The notes: a model not told the origin generated them from the letters alone. A stretch of DNA of 62,977 nucleotides, filler included, from Thraustochytrium aureum (GCA_012862495.1; 7 parts of 4 records of this genome joined end to end with filler, not necessarily neighbours in it); one strand, 5' to 3'. Counted from the first letter of the whole stretch, positions 34,562 through 46,923 are shown. Numbers and translations are program-made.

Positions 34562-36056
34562 GCGTGGGCAGCGGCCTCCGGCGGCGTGGTCTGTTCGCGT
34601 GCCGTGCGCCGCTTCATCGGCCAGCGGCAGCAAGAATCACAAGCTCTGTTCGATTTTCAAACGCTCTGCGNNNNNNNNNNNNNNNNNNNNNNNNNNNNNN
34701 NNNNNNNNNNNNNNNNNNNNNNNNNNNNNNNNNNNNNNNNNNNNNNNNNNNNNNNNNNNNNNNNNNNNNNNNNNNNNNNNNNNNNNNNNNNNNNNNNNNN
34801 NNNNNNNNNNNNNNNNNNNNNNNNNNNNNNNNNTGCTGCTGCTGTGGCTTGTGCAAAAGTGCTCGTCATTTTTCAATCAATCGATTAGGTGTTGCTCAAC
34901 CGATTATCGCTCAATCGATTAACACTCAATCAATCGGTTACTCCTCAATAAAGCGATCTCCTGCGGGGCTGTGAGGCGTTCGGGGGATTCGAGAACACCC
35001 CCGGGAGGGCGGCCCTGCCAGTCCCTTTCAAGAGTCGGTTTTACTGCCCGTTTCTTTTCTTTCTGAAGCTGTTCCTCCCTGCGCGCGAAGCTGGACCTCC
35101 CTTGCAGCGCTCTACCAGTACCTTACCTTGGTCATCAGCGAAGACGCTGGCCTCGCAGAATCGAGGCGCTGTCCACGAGGGTCGAGCGGCTCGGAGTCCG
35201 CCTGCTGGCCTTCGCAGGGCGAGAGCACGGACGGCCCTGGCTTGGAAGTTGGCTCGCTGGCCGCTGGCCGTGGCCGGCTGGCTGGCCGGCTCGAGCCGCC
35301 CAAGCCACGGCCAAACGCCACCACGAGCCGAAGCTTGACAAGCCGAAGCTTGACGAGCTGAAGCTTGAGAGCCTCCCACTCTGGCGAGCTAGCTCGCTAC
35401 CAGCAGAGAGAGAGTCGCTTGGCATGGCGGACTTGAGGAGGCGCTTGCCCAAGCGCGCCGCAGGACCTCCCTTCCCGGATCGCAAATCTGCAACCTGATC
35501 ATCAAGATAGCGCTGGGTCTACAGAGCGCGGCAAAAACATTTTTTTACCGGACGCCCACCGGGTCAGTAGAAGTGGACGCGAATTCGGCGCGAGTGGCTC
35601 GACTTCTGAAGCAACTCCTTCGAAGAGCGCGCTGGAGTATCATGATCTTCCACCTGCAGAGCTTGCTAGCTCACTGCGTTCGCGATCGTGCGCGCGTGGG
35701 AGGGGAGTGCCTTGAGGCTGAGGGCGTTTATCTTCACTCGTTAGGTCGTTGTGGACTGCCCAGAAAGACGAAAAAAAAAGCTGCGGCTGCTGCCAAGGCC
35801 GCTCGCTGCCAACCGGAGCAGAGCAGATCCCCAACGCGAGAACGCAAGCGGCGAACGAGCACATCAGGCGCTGCACGAGTGATTTCAGAGCGGCACGAGC
35901 TGCTGCTGCAGGAGGTGCTGGTTCGGACGCCACGGCCACCTCTATGCAGCACAGGAACGACGGGGCCAAGGAAGGAAGCGAGCTCGAGTTTGGGTTTCGT
36001 TAGGACTCGTCGGGCAAGAGCAAGTAACCAAGCGTAAAGCTCGAACCGAAGGCAAA

Positions 36057-38885
36057 ATGACTGCGTCGATAAGAGCTATAGCGTGGCGCGCTGCCGCCAT
36101 CGGTGGCCGCGCCCACGCGCAAACGCGCACCGCCACAGCCGCCGCGGCGAACCTGTCGGTACAATGCATCGGCGGCACGCCAGCGACGCTCAACACCTCG
36201 CGCGGCCACGCCATCTTCAGTGGGTCTGGTCGCACGGGCGGGACGCAAAAGCAGCAAAAGCCGCACAGCACCATGAGCGCCTCGGCGGCCAACGCCGCAG
36301 TGCAGGTCCAAGGCGAGGTGGAGCGATGGGAGGTCAACCTGACGGGCGCCGACGAGGGCAGGCTCCACGGGCCCCGCGGCGACTGGTGGTGGACGGGTTC
36401 CCGTCCGGACGAGCTTTTGGAGCCCGGTTCGAGGCACTTGCACTCGCTTGCGCAGCCCACCCTGGAGACGGTGACGGACGCCGGTGTCAAGCGGTACTTT
36501 GACAACACGTGGACGCTGACAGAGCTCCTGTTCAGCTCCCTGCAGGGCGAAGAGGCCTTCTACCGGCCGCCCTACCACCACCTGCGGCACCCGATGATCT
36601 TTTACTACGGGCACACCGCCACCTTTTACACGAACAAGCTGCGCGTGGCCGGGCTCCTGGACAGCGGAATCAACCCGTACTTTGAGGACATCTTCGAAGT
36701 CGGAGTGGACGAGATGCGCTGGGACGACATGTCGAAGAACGCGATGCAGTGGCCCACCGTGGGCGAGGTCCACGAGTACCGCGCCGAGGTGTACAAGCTT
36801 GTCAACCAGGTGGTGGACGAGCACCTGGACAAGAAGGCGCCGAAGCGCGTGGGACCCGCGCACCCGCTTTGGTCCCTGTTCATGGCCTTTGAGCACGATC
36901 GAATCCACCTCGAGACGAGCTCGGTGCTCCTTCGCGAGCTGCCGCTCGAGCTGCTTCGCAAGCCCGAGCTCTGGCCCGCCATGCACGAGTCTGCGTTCTC
37001 CGGCGCCGGCCCGCGAAGCGACCCCGTGGCGGACGAGCACTTTCCGCGAAACGATTTGGTCCAAGTCGCCGGGCAGCGCGGCGTGCGCATTGGCAAGGAG
37101 AGCGACCAAGCGTCGTACGGTTGGGACAACGAGTACGGCTCGCGCAAGGTGGACGTGGGCGGCTTCGGTGCGAGCAAGTTCATGGTGAGCAACGGCGAGT
37201 ACTTTGCGTTCGTGCGCGACGGGGGCTACCGCGAGCCCAAGTGGTGGTCGGAGGACGGCTGGGCGTGGCGCTCGTTTCGCAACGCCAAGTGGCCCTTCTT
37301 CTGGTCGCAGGCCGGCCCGGCTGGGAGCCACCAGTACAAGCTGCGGGGCGTCTTCGAGGAGGTCGAGATGCCCTGGAGCTGGCCCGTCAACGTGAACAAG
37401 CACGAGGCTGCCGCGTTTTGCAACTGGNNNNNNNNNNNNNNNNNNNNNNNNNNNNNNNNNNNNNAGCACGAGGCTGCCGCGTTTTGCAACTGGAAGGCGG
37501 CCCGCGACGGCCGGCCCGGCCTCCGCCTCGTCACGGAGGCAGAGCACATGCTGATGCGCGATGCGCCGCAGCGGCACCCTGTTCTGGACTCGTCTGCGGA
37601 CCCGGCGCTCACGCATGGCGGCCGAGACATTGGCGGCGCGGCCGGCGTCAACCTCAACCTGGCGAACGGGTCCGAGACGCCTGTCGACCTGTTCAAGCCC
37701 AACGCGCAGGGGTTTCACGACGTGACCGGGAACGCCTGGGAGTGGGCCGAGGACGACTTTAACCCGCTGGACGGCTTTGCGGTGCACGAGTACTACGACG
37801 ACTTTTCCACGCCGTGCTTTGACGGCGAGCACAACATGATCCTGGGCGGGTCCTTCATCAGCAGCGGCGACGCCGGCGCCAACCTGCACTGCCGCTACCA
37901 CTTCCGGCCGCACTTTTTGCAGCACTCGGGGTTTCGCTACGTCCAGCCCGCGCGGCGCGAGGCGTTCCCCGGCGAGGGCGTCGCGACCAAGCTCGGCGGC
38001 GGCTCGGCCCGGGCCTCCTCCTCCTCCTCCTCCTCCTCCTCCTCCACCTCGGCGGGCAACCCGGCGCAGGCCCAGGCTGGACCCACGGCTGGCCAGCTCA
38101 CGTACGAGTCGGAGCACTTGGTCAACCAGTACCTCGCCCTGCACTTTGGGCAGCAGCCTGAGGTGGTGAACGAGACGATTCGCCAGCACACCGAGCGCCC
38201 CAACGCGGCGCTCAACTTTCCCCAGCGCTGCGCCGACCTGCTCCACAAGATGGCCGTCCAGCACGGCGCGCCCACCGGCTCCGCGGCTCGCGCCCTGGAC
38301 CTCGGCTGTGCGGTGGGTGGGTCGAGCTTTGCCCTCGCCCGCCACTTTGGCGCTGTGACAGGCATCGACTTTTCGCACGCCTTCGTGGACGCTGCGCGAG
38401 CGATCCGTGACTCGCCCGAGAAGGCCATCAGCTTTTCCGTGCCCGTCGAGGGCGCCATGCGTCGCGAGAACATCGTGGCGCGCCTCGACCGCGACGTGGA
38501 CTACTCGCACGTGCGCTTTGAGCAGGGCGACGCGTGCGCGCTGCCGCCCGCGGCCAGCATCGGCGGGCCTTTCGACGCGGTCCTCATGGCCAACTTGCTG
38601 TGCCGCCTGCCCGACCCTGCGCACGCGCTCGCGGGTCTCCGAGACATTGTCAGCCCAGGCGGGGTTGTGCTCACTGTGTCGCCCTTTTCGTGGCTCGACG
38701 AGTTCACGGCGAAGGACAAGTGGCTGCAGCAGGGTGCCAAGCCGTCTGCGGACGTCCTGCGCGATGTCATGCGCCAGCACGGCTTTCGCCAGGTCTTTGA
38801 GGCTGACATGCCGCTCATGATCCGCGAGCACGAGCGCAAGTACCAGTACATCGTCTCCAGTGCGGCAGCCTTCGTGCGCCAATGA
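36057..38885 (+). CDS. ovoA: Ovothiol biosynthesis protein OvoA (5-histidylcysteine sulfoxide synthase + SAM methyltransferase)
   Basis: LRHPMIFYYGHTATFY, GVDEMRWDD, iron motif EHDRIHLETSSVL (HX3HXE), FGE-sulfatase GWDNEYG/DVTGNAWEW/RYHFRPHFLQHSGFRYV, MTase RALDLGCAVG, GIDFS, ANLLCRL. Confidence 0.95.
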   Translation: MTASIRAIAWRAAAIGGRAHAQTRTATAAAANLSVQCIGGTPATLNTSRGHAIFSGSGRTGGTQKQQKPHSTMSASAANAAVQVQGEVERWEVNLTGADEGRLHGPRGDWWWTGSRPDELLEPGSRHLHSLAQPTLETVTDAGVKRYFDNTWTLTELLFSSLQGEEAFYRPPYHHLRHPMIFYYGHTATFYTNKLRVAGLLDSGINPYFEDIFEVGVDEMRWDDMSKNAMQWPTVGEVHEYRAEVYKLVNQVVDEHLDKKAPKRVGPAHPLWSLFMAFEHDRIHLETSSVLLRELPLELLRKPELWPAMHESAFSGAGPRSDPVADEHFPRNDLVQVAGQRGVRIGKESDQASYGWDNEYGSRKVDVGGFGASKFMVSNGEYFAFVRDGGYREPKWWSEDGWAWRSFRNAKWPFFWSQAGPAGSHQYKLRGVFEEVEMPWSWPVNVNKHEAAAFCNWXXXXXXXXXXXXXHEAAAFCNWKAARDGRPGLRLVTEAEHMLMRDAPQRHPVLDSSADPALTHGGRDIGGAAGVNLNLANGSETPVDLFKPNAQGFHDVTGNAWEWAEDDFNPLDGFAVHEYYDDFSTPCFDGEHNMILGGSFISSGDAGANLHCRYHFRPHFLQHSGFRYVQPARREAFPGEGVATKLGGGSARASSSSSSSSSSTSAGNPAQAQAGPTAGQLTYESEHLVNQYLALHFGQQPEVVNETIRQHTERPNAALNFPQRCADLLHKMAVQHGAPTGSAARALDLGCAVGGSSFALARHFGAVTGIDFSHAFVDAARAIRDSPEKAISFSVPVEGAMRRENIVARLDRDVDYSHVRFEQGDACALPPAASIGGPFDAVLMANLLCRLPDPAHALAGLRDIVSPGGVVLTVSPFSWLDEFTAKDKWLQQGAKPSADVLRDVMRQHGFRQVFEADMPLMIREHERKYQYIVSSAAAFVRQ

Positions 38886-40427
38886 TGCACGCAGCGCGGC
38901 CGCACCGGTAGCAGTACCATCATGGAGTAGAGTACCGGTAGGTGGTACCTGCATGTTGTAGGAAGAATTCAGACGCCGAAAAATCCGATCCACGATCAGC
39001 GAAACACCACTTGTGACCTTGCGCACGGCCAGATGTGGAGCTCCTCTCGGCCGCCTGCCAGAACGGAAGATGGAGTGAGATGCGAGCGGCCTGTGCTCGT
39101 GCCTGCCGTGCGCTGCTCGGTTGGCGGGGAGAGCCGACAATCGCGCATGGCGCTCTCGGCTTCTGTGGTGTGCTCTCCTGAAATGCCGGGGGGCGCTTGG
39201 GCGCCGTGGTCCAGAATCAATCCGCCGCAAAGCCATACAAAGACCCTGACGACTGTGTTCGTCCGGGCCCGGGAAACGGCCGCTAGGTCCCGCTGCCGGA
39301 GTTCAGAGCGAAAGAACAGAGCGAGCTACCGCATGGAGCCAACGAACGGGCGGTTGGTTGGCGGGGCCGCCATCTTGGATGGGGCTCCATCAGTGAGGGC
39401 GGCCCCAAGTTTTTCGTCCAAATTTGTTTTTTTCCAACGATCGAATTTCGCGGCCGAGGTTCTGGGCGAAATCGAAAAAAATCGAAAAAAATTGAATAAA
39501 AATGAATAAAAATTGAAAAAAGTGATAAAACTTGACGCTTTTTTGCATTTCGTGTTTTTTTCAACTGGCAACGGGAGCAGCAAGGGGGCATCTGATGTCG
39601 TCTCCAGCCATTCTCGTGGCGACGGCTCGTGCGGCGTCATGGGCGCGAGAGCCTGCCACATCAGCCACAGCCACTCGCGCAAGTGCGTGTGCGACCGCTT
39701 CGAGAACACCAACCGAGCTCGTCCAGCTCGCGCTCGTTCAAGTTGAGCTCTCTCCAGCTAGTACTTCCTTCCGTCACTGGCACGCCACGTCGATCCGATC
39801 GCACGCAGGCCACTCGCGAAGCGCGAAAACCACAGAACAGCCAAGCCCAAGCCAAGTGGCGACAACACACGCTGCGCCTTCCGGCTGTCCGGACCGAATC
39901 ACGGGCAAGCGCGTCTGGTGGTCGCAGTGCGGAATAAAGTGCGGCACGCGGCGCGGCCAAGCCAACTCGGCAACGCGGACCTCCTTTGCGGCGGGCGAGG
40001 TGCCCGAATTCGAATCCGCAAGATTTCCTTCCATGTGCTTCGCCTGCTCGCCGCAAATGTACGACGAGCACAGTCGTTACCCCGGCGCCCGCGCGCTAGT
40101 GCCATCCAGTCCCGTAGCCCCCGCCTGCGGCCTGCGCCGTTGACGTGCGTTGGGGAGCATTCGGGCAACCTCCGCGGCCGCCTCGTGCGATTCCAAAACC
40201 TCCCGCGTCCAATCGAGTTCTCGTGCCGCCAGCATCGGGTCTTTCTCCATTTGCATCGTTTGCGGAATGGCCGGGCCCGGAGCCGCTTCATCAACACGCA
40301 GGCTGGCTGGCAGGCAGGAGGCAGGCNNNNNNNNNNNNNNNNNNNNNNNNNNNNNNNNNNNNNNNNNNNNTTAATTAATTAANNNNNNNNNNNNNNNNNN
40401 NNNNNNNNNNNNNNNNNNNNNNNNNNC

Positions 40428-41738
40428 GGCGGCGAGCTCGTGCAGATCGCCAACAAGATCTCCGTCCCCGCGCCAGTGCGTCGGCTGAGGCAAAAGGTTC
40501 CCAGCAGCTCTGGGGCCAGCTCCCTCGCGTCCGGGTCCTCCTTCTATTCCGACTCGTCCTCAGAGTCGCGCAGAGGCCCGCTCGGCCTCGACGAGTTCGA
40601 GCCGCTCAAGGTGCTCGGCAAGGGCAGTTTCGGCAAAGTGTACCTTGTTCGCCACCGTGAGAACGGCCGGCTTTTCGCCATGAAACAGCTCAAGAAGGCC
40701 GACGTGCTGCGGGGCAACCAGTTCGAAAACACCAAGCGAGAGTTTCGCGTCAACAAGTTTCTGGCGCAGCAAGACCTCAGCTGCCCGTACATTGCCTCGC
40801 TTCGCTACGCCTTCCACTCGCGCTCGCGCCTGTTCCTCGTCCACGACTTCCTCGCCGGCGGCGAGATGTACAACCACCTCTCGGTCCGCGGCCGCCTCCC
40901 GGAGACGCTGGCCTGCTTTTACATGGCGGAGATCGTGCTAGCGCTCGGCTACCTGCACAGCAACAGCATCCTCTACAACGACCTCAAGCCAGAAAACATC
41001 ATGCTCGACCGGGACGGCCACGTCGTCCTCGTCGACCTCGGGCTCTGCCTCGACGGCGTGCGGTCCGCGACGCAGGGATCAACCGCCTTTGTCGGAACCA
41101 CTGAATACCTCTCTCCCGAGATCCTTCGCCACGAAGAACACGGCTTTGCCTCCGACTGGTGGTCCTGTGGCATGGTTGCCTACGAGTTCATCACAGGGCT
41201 GCCGCCCTTCTACAGCCACGACCAAAACCAAGTCGTGGACGGGATCTTGTCGCAGACAATCACGTTCCCATCGTACGTGTCCCCCGCGGCGCGCGACCTC
41301 ATTTCGCAACTCCTCAACAAGGACGCGTCCGCGCGCTTGGGCTCCGCGCGGGACGCCGAGGACCTCTTCGAGCACCCGTTCTTTGACTCGATCGACTGGG
41401 TGCGCCTTGCGCGCAGGCAGATCGATCCGCCTTTCAGGCCGCCGTCCGACGACCTCACCTGCAACTTTGCCGCCGAGTTTACCGACGCGCCGGTACACAT
41501 TGAGCGTGACATGCCGGCGTCGAGGGCAGACCCGTTCCACGGTTGGTTTTCGACTGCGAAGACCCTGTTTTTGCGGGGGCGAACTCGGCGAGACCGTCTA
41601 GGCGGCGGTCTGGCTCGCCTCGAATCCGCCAACGTTTTGCGCGCCGCTTGTCGCGCGCCGCGATCGCCACCACCTGCAATTGCCGCCACAAGCTTGGCTT
41701 GCGGTGCCCGCAATCGCTCACGGCCAACCGCACGGTAG
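40428..41738 (+). CDS. AGC-family Ser/Thr kinase (S6K/Akt/SGK-like), 5' truncated
   Basis: GKGSFGKV, FAMKQL, YNDLKPEN, DLG, FVGTTEYLSPE, DWWS, PPFRP..NFAAEFT AGC tail. Confidence 0.9.
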   Translation, partial: GGELVQIANKISVPAPVRRLRQKVPSSSGASSLASGSSFYSDSSSESRRGPLGLDEFEPLKVLGKGSFGKVYLVRHRENGRLFAMKQLKKADVLRGNQFENTKREFRVNKFLAQQDLSCPYIASLRYAFHSRSRLFLVHDFLAGGEMYNHLSVRGRLPETLACFYMAEIVLALGYLHSNSILYNDLKPENIMLDRDGHVVLVDLGLCLDGVRSATQGSTAFVGTTEYLSPEILRHEEHGFASDWWSCGMVAYEFITGLPPFYSHDQNQVVDGILSQTITFPSYVSPAARDLISQLLNKDASARLGSARDAEDLFEHPFFDSIDWVRLARRQIDPPFRPPSDDLTCNFAAEFTDAPVHIERDMPASRADPFHGWFSTAKTLFLRGRTRRDRLGGGLARLESANVLRAACRAPRSPPPAIAATSLACGARNRSRPTAR

Positions 41739-42294
41739 TTTGTGCTGTTGCGCTTTGAGCGGGGGCTGCGCTGTTTGCCGTTCGTCTCGGCACGCAGCGC
41801 ACGTGGTGGCCTCGACCTCCTGACAATCTTGCTTTTGCCCTGCCTGTCTTTCCTCGTCTGTCTTTGCATAATGTCGTTTGACCAAAAAGATCTGAACTGA
41901 AGGATGGAACCATCACAGAAACTAACAGAAACATGCAGCTTTTCTCTTTGACAACTTGTCGCGCATGCTGGGTGTCGACGGCCATAGGTAGGCGGCGGCC
42001 CGAGCGCCGTTCGATTCGGACAGCGCCGACATGTCTGCCCAGAGCAAACATCTCTACCATCTCTACTTTCAGTTGATCAAGAGCTCTAGCTAGCGACTGA
42101 TCGCAGCGGCGCCAAGCTCCGCAGGGCGCCGCCAACGACCCGCGCGCGATCAAACAGGCGTGCCAATCAACCGATGGCGCTGCCAGCCTTGTGCGGTTCT
42201 CGTCGTTGGGAGGGCCGACGGGGTCCTGCAGCGCCATACTTACAATCCCAACTTGGTGTCACCGTGCTGGGAGACCGCCCCAACCAGCAGTCCT

Positions 42295-43672
42295 TCAGGC
42301 ACAAACGAGCCTAGCGCGACGCAGAGAGCCGGAGCGGTACCAACTCACGACTTTGAAGATGCACACGTGAGCGCACGACGACACGAGTGCCAGAATGAGC
42401 GCACGTTTGAGGACGACACCCATCGCCCAGGTCGCCGCGAAGAGTTCTGGTGCAGCCCACTGGGCAAGCCGAAGCGCCCACACGACGAACCACACGTCAG
42501 GGGCCAGGCACCGAGCGGGCAATTTCGACATGTACGTCGCGATCACTGGGTAGCAGCTCAAGCACAGCGGCAGCAGCCAGTCAGGCTCGCCGGCGCCTGC
42601 CACAGCCCAAGCAGTAGTTGGCACGACCAACACAGCCGCGAGATGCGCTGGCTCAAATCCCAAGTTGGCTAGGCGGACAGCGCCGCTTCGGCCCGCAGAC
42701 CTCCAGCACTGCAGCGCCAGCCATGGGGCTGCCAAGCAAACCATCACCGAGGCGCCTGATGCTGCTCGAATCGAAGCTGCAGAGCCGAGCCGTCGCGCCG
42801 CAAAGTCGACCAAAATGAGCGAAACGAGTCGCGTGGTCACCTCGATCCAGACTTGGTCGCCCGGGCCTGCAAGCGCTAAGCAAAACCCCATCACCGCGCA
42901 GGCGATCCCTGCTTCAGAATGGCTGCCTGGCACAGCGTTCGCAAGCTCGGAGACGGTGCTAAAGTCGTGCCCTGGCTCGAAGGGACCGAAGCTCAAGAGA
43001 ATGCCCCCAAAACAAGCAGTGGGCCCATCCGCGGGGCTGCGTCGAGCAGTTGCTTGCTCACAAGCGGTCCTTGCCGTGCGCGAGCAAAACGCCTGAACCA
43101 CGGTACCAACGGTGATACCCCAAGGCGACCGTCAGATCTCGGCGCCTCGCAAGCGCATACCAGGTCGACCTGCCGCCTTTGTATATCGGGCTCTCGTGCA
43201 GTCTGCGTGTGGAGAGTGGCCCGGCCCATCGACTGCCTGATTGCTCTGTTCACGTATTCACGCCACCAAGCATTGGAAAATAGTAGTTTGCAAGGTGGCT
43301 CGCGCCCCCGCCAAATCTGTATGCCTTGCGAAAACGTGCTCGCAAACCGAGAAACCGCCGCCCCGAGTAATCCTCGACCCTTGCCTCTTCATCGCCTGCC
43401 GCACTCATGACCCACGCCGCGAGCGGCTCCACCGAGTTCTTGCGCTTGTACAGCAGGAAGACCGTCTCCTGCGCCTCGAAACAGACCACCAAATAGCACC
43501 GAAGCGCTCTGAACGCGGGCGGGCCCCGCCACAAGACCGGTTTCGAACAACAAACGCTCCTCCAAGTTCCCGCAAGCCTCTTCTGCTCCCATCTCCGCCA
43601 CGTATGTCGTATGTACCTTGCCTTCGCGAGAGCGTCTCGCGCCGCGTTCACCGAGCCCGCCGTGTCCTCCAT
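42295..43672 (-). CDS. Hypothetical, possibly membrane protein (multi-frame)
   Basis: Consecutive minus-strand ORFs (43250-43753, 42993-43253, 42295-43101) with a hydrophobic C-terminal part; no motif recognised. Confidence 0.3.
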
Positions 43673-44398
43673 CTCTGCTTGCGCGACTGGGGACGCGCCG
43701 CCGACAGCGACGCGCAAGTACAAACAAACAAACACTAACAAACTAACAAACAAACGAGCACAGCTGCCAGCGGTCCTTGGCTGCCTGCTTCAGCGCCGGG
43801 ACAAGGCACGCCCGTGCGCGCGCGGCGGCGGCCTTGGCGCGAGCGCGCACGACGATCTGTTCTGCTCAGAATTCTGTTCTGCTCACAATTCTGTCCCCTC
43901 AACTCGTGATCAAAAGCGTTCGGAACCCAAAAGGGCCAAAAGGAAGAACAAAATGAGCATAGAGAACGAGCTCCACAGGGGTAGAGAGGGTACACGTAGC
44001 GCTGACTTAATTTTAAATAGCGGAGAATACGAGTGCAGTTATGTCTTTACTGCAAGCTACGTTATTGCCGAGATTTCCTCAATCATGGCAGATTGGCTTG
44101 GGTGTGTGCTGTTCTGTGTGTTCCGGTGAACGAGGAGGAGGCGGAGGAGGGGTGTGCATCTCCCTTCTCAAGCAGGCGCGAGCGTTCTGCAGAATGGCGC
44201 GGGCCGTCCAGTCCGATCGATGTCAATGTCAATTGCCTCAGGCGGAGACGGAGACGGAGCTACCAGTCCGGCATCGATCGAAGGACGGTCTGGCGAGGGT
44301 CTTTCGGCTGGGAAGCGGCGACGAAGGGCCGCCGCGCGTGGACGGGTGCCTGGTTGCTGCGGTCAGGTGGCACGTGGAGGGTTGGTTTTGTTGGGACC

Positions 44399-45655
44399 AT
44401 GCCGGTCATGCACCGCCTCAAGTCGGCCCTGGCCAAGAAGATTATGGGCAAGCTTCCAATTGAAAAGCTGATCCCCAAGACCGTCAAGGGCCCCGGCGCG
44501 TCCGCCGAAACCGGCGCCGCCGCGGAGAAACTTGGCATCACGCGCGCGCTTGTCGTCACGGACGCGATCCTGGTCAAGCTCGGCGTGGTGGACGCCGCTA
44601 TCGCTTCGCTCAAGCGCGCGGGGATCTTCGTTGTCGTGTACGACGCCGTTCTACCGGACCCGAACTGCGAGCAGGTCCTCGCCGGCGTCGAGATCTACTC
44701 GGCCAACAAGTGCGACGGGATCGTGGCCATCGGCGGTGGCTCGAGCATGGACTGCGCCAAGGTGATCGGCGCATACGCCCGGGACCCGCGGCCCATCGCC
44801 GAGTTCGCTGGCGCGATGAAGGTCACGAAAGGCATCCCCCCGCTCATCGCAATCCCCACCACCTCCGGGACCGGCAGCGAGACCACGTTCGCTGCTGTGA
44901 TCACGGACGGCGACGTCAAGTTTCTCATCAGTGACTTCAAAATGTTCCCTCGCATCGCTATTCTCGACCCAAACCTCGTGCTTGGGCTGCCCAAGCAAGT
45001 CACAGCCGCGACGGGTATGGACGCCCTGACACACGCGGTTGAGGCCTACCTCTCGCCTTGGTCGACGCCGTTTGCCCAGGAGCGCGCCGAGAGCGCGATC
45101 CGCGCCGTCATGGCGTTCCTGTTGCGCGCCTATCGCGACGGCTCGGATGTCGAGGCGCGCACCGAGATGCTGCAAGCCTCGTTCGACGCTGGCGTCGCGA
45201 TCAGCGTCGGCGCAGTGGGCTATGTGCACGCCATCGCCCACCAACTCGGCGGCATCTTCCACACGCCGCACGGCGATGCAAACGCCATGGTCCTCCCGCA
45301 TGTGCTAGACTTTTACGGCCAAGCTGCGCAAGACAAGCTGGCGCACCTCAGCGACGTGTGCGCGATCGGCAACCCGAATGACAGCCGGCGAGGCCAAGCG
45401 GGCGCATTCGTTGAGCGGATTCGCCAGATGCACTCGGCTATGGGGATGCCGACGACTGTCGATCGGCTCGATCGCGCCAAGATCTCCGAGGTCGCCGCTC
45501 GCGCACTCGCCGAGGCGCACGGCGAGCGGAACAGCATGATCTTCAACTTTGGCGAGTTCATGAAGGACGCTGGGTACCCGACGATCAAGTACATGTCGCA
45601 CGCAGAGTGCGAGGGCATCGTGCGCAAGCTCGCGCCGCAGCGCGCGCGGCTCTAG
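44399..45655 (+). CDS. Iron-containing alcohol dehydrogenase
   Basis: GGGSSMDCAK, IPTTSGTGSE, GMDALTHAVEAY, HAIAHQLG, HGDANA metal ligands. Confidence 0.95.
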   Translation: MPVMHRLKSALAKKIMGKLPIEKLIPKTVKGPGASAETGAAAEKLGITRALVVTDAILVKLGVVDAAIASLKRAGIFVVVYDAVLPDPNCEQVLAGVEIYSANKCDGIVAIGGGSSMDCAKVIGAYARDPRPIAEFAGAMKVTKGIPPLIAIPTTSGTGSETTFAAVITDGDVKFLISDFKMFPRIAILDPNLVLGLPKQVTAATGMDALTHAVEAYLSPWSTPFAQERAESAIRAVMAFLLRAYRDGSDVEARTEMLQASFDAGVAISVGAVGYVHAIAHQLGGIFHTPHGDANAMVLPHVLDFYGQAAQDKLAHLSDVCAIGNPNDSRRGQAGAFVERIRQMHSAMGMPTTVDRLDRAKISEVAARALAEAHGERNSMIFNFGEFMKDAGYPTIKYMSHAECEGIVRKLAPQRARL

Positions 45656-45867
45656 CTAGATGCGCGCGCGGCTCTCTCTAGAGCTAGAGTAGAGCTGCGC
45701 GCGGCTCTCTCTACTACTAGAGCTAGAGCTCGCTAAAAAGTTAAAAACTATTTCTCCCGTCTTCCCTTCTGTATGATACCACGCACGACAACGAAGTCTA
45801 GGACCACGGCTGGGCTGCGGCGGCCAATAGCCTCCCCCGGGGGGTCGCAACCACCTTTTCCAAACCC

Positions 45868-45930
45868 AGGCGCCAGCCGCGAGTCTCTCAAGGCGCCAGC
45901 CGCGAGTCTCTCAAGGCGCCAGCCGCGAGT
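45868..45930 (+). repeat. ~23-bp tandem repeat (AGGCGCCAGCCGCGAGTCTCTCA)
   Basis: About 2.8 copies in the Fe-ADH/CDK intergenic region. Confidence 0.85.
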
Positions 45931-45994
45931 CAATTCTCTCTAGGCGCTGCTCCACAAGCTCGCCCCTCAGCGCCAGGGGGCTCGCGCAACCTCT

Positions 45995-46923
<929 letters not shown>

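Noticed and set aside
37399..37493. Direct repeat (HEAAAFCNW x2) inside ovoA
   Set aside because: Identical sequence either side of a small N gap; unmerged contig overlap.
33235..38885. MFS transporter plus ovoA as an ovothiol gene cluster
   Set aside because: Only adjacency supports it; no lyase is present and synteny cannot be assessed here.
36000..39236. 1078-aa minus-strand ORF and other long antisense ORFs
   Set aside because: Shadow ORFs of GC3-rich real genes, here ovoA.
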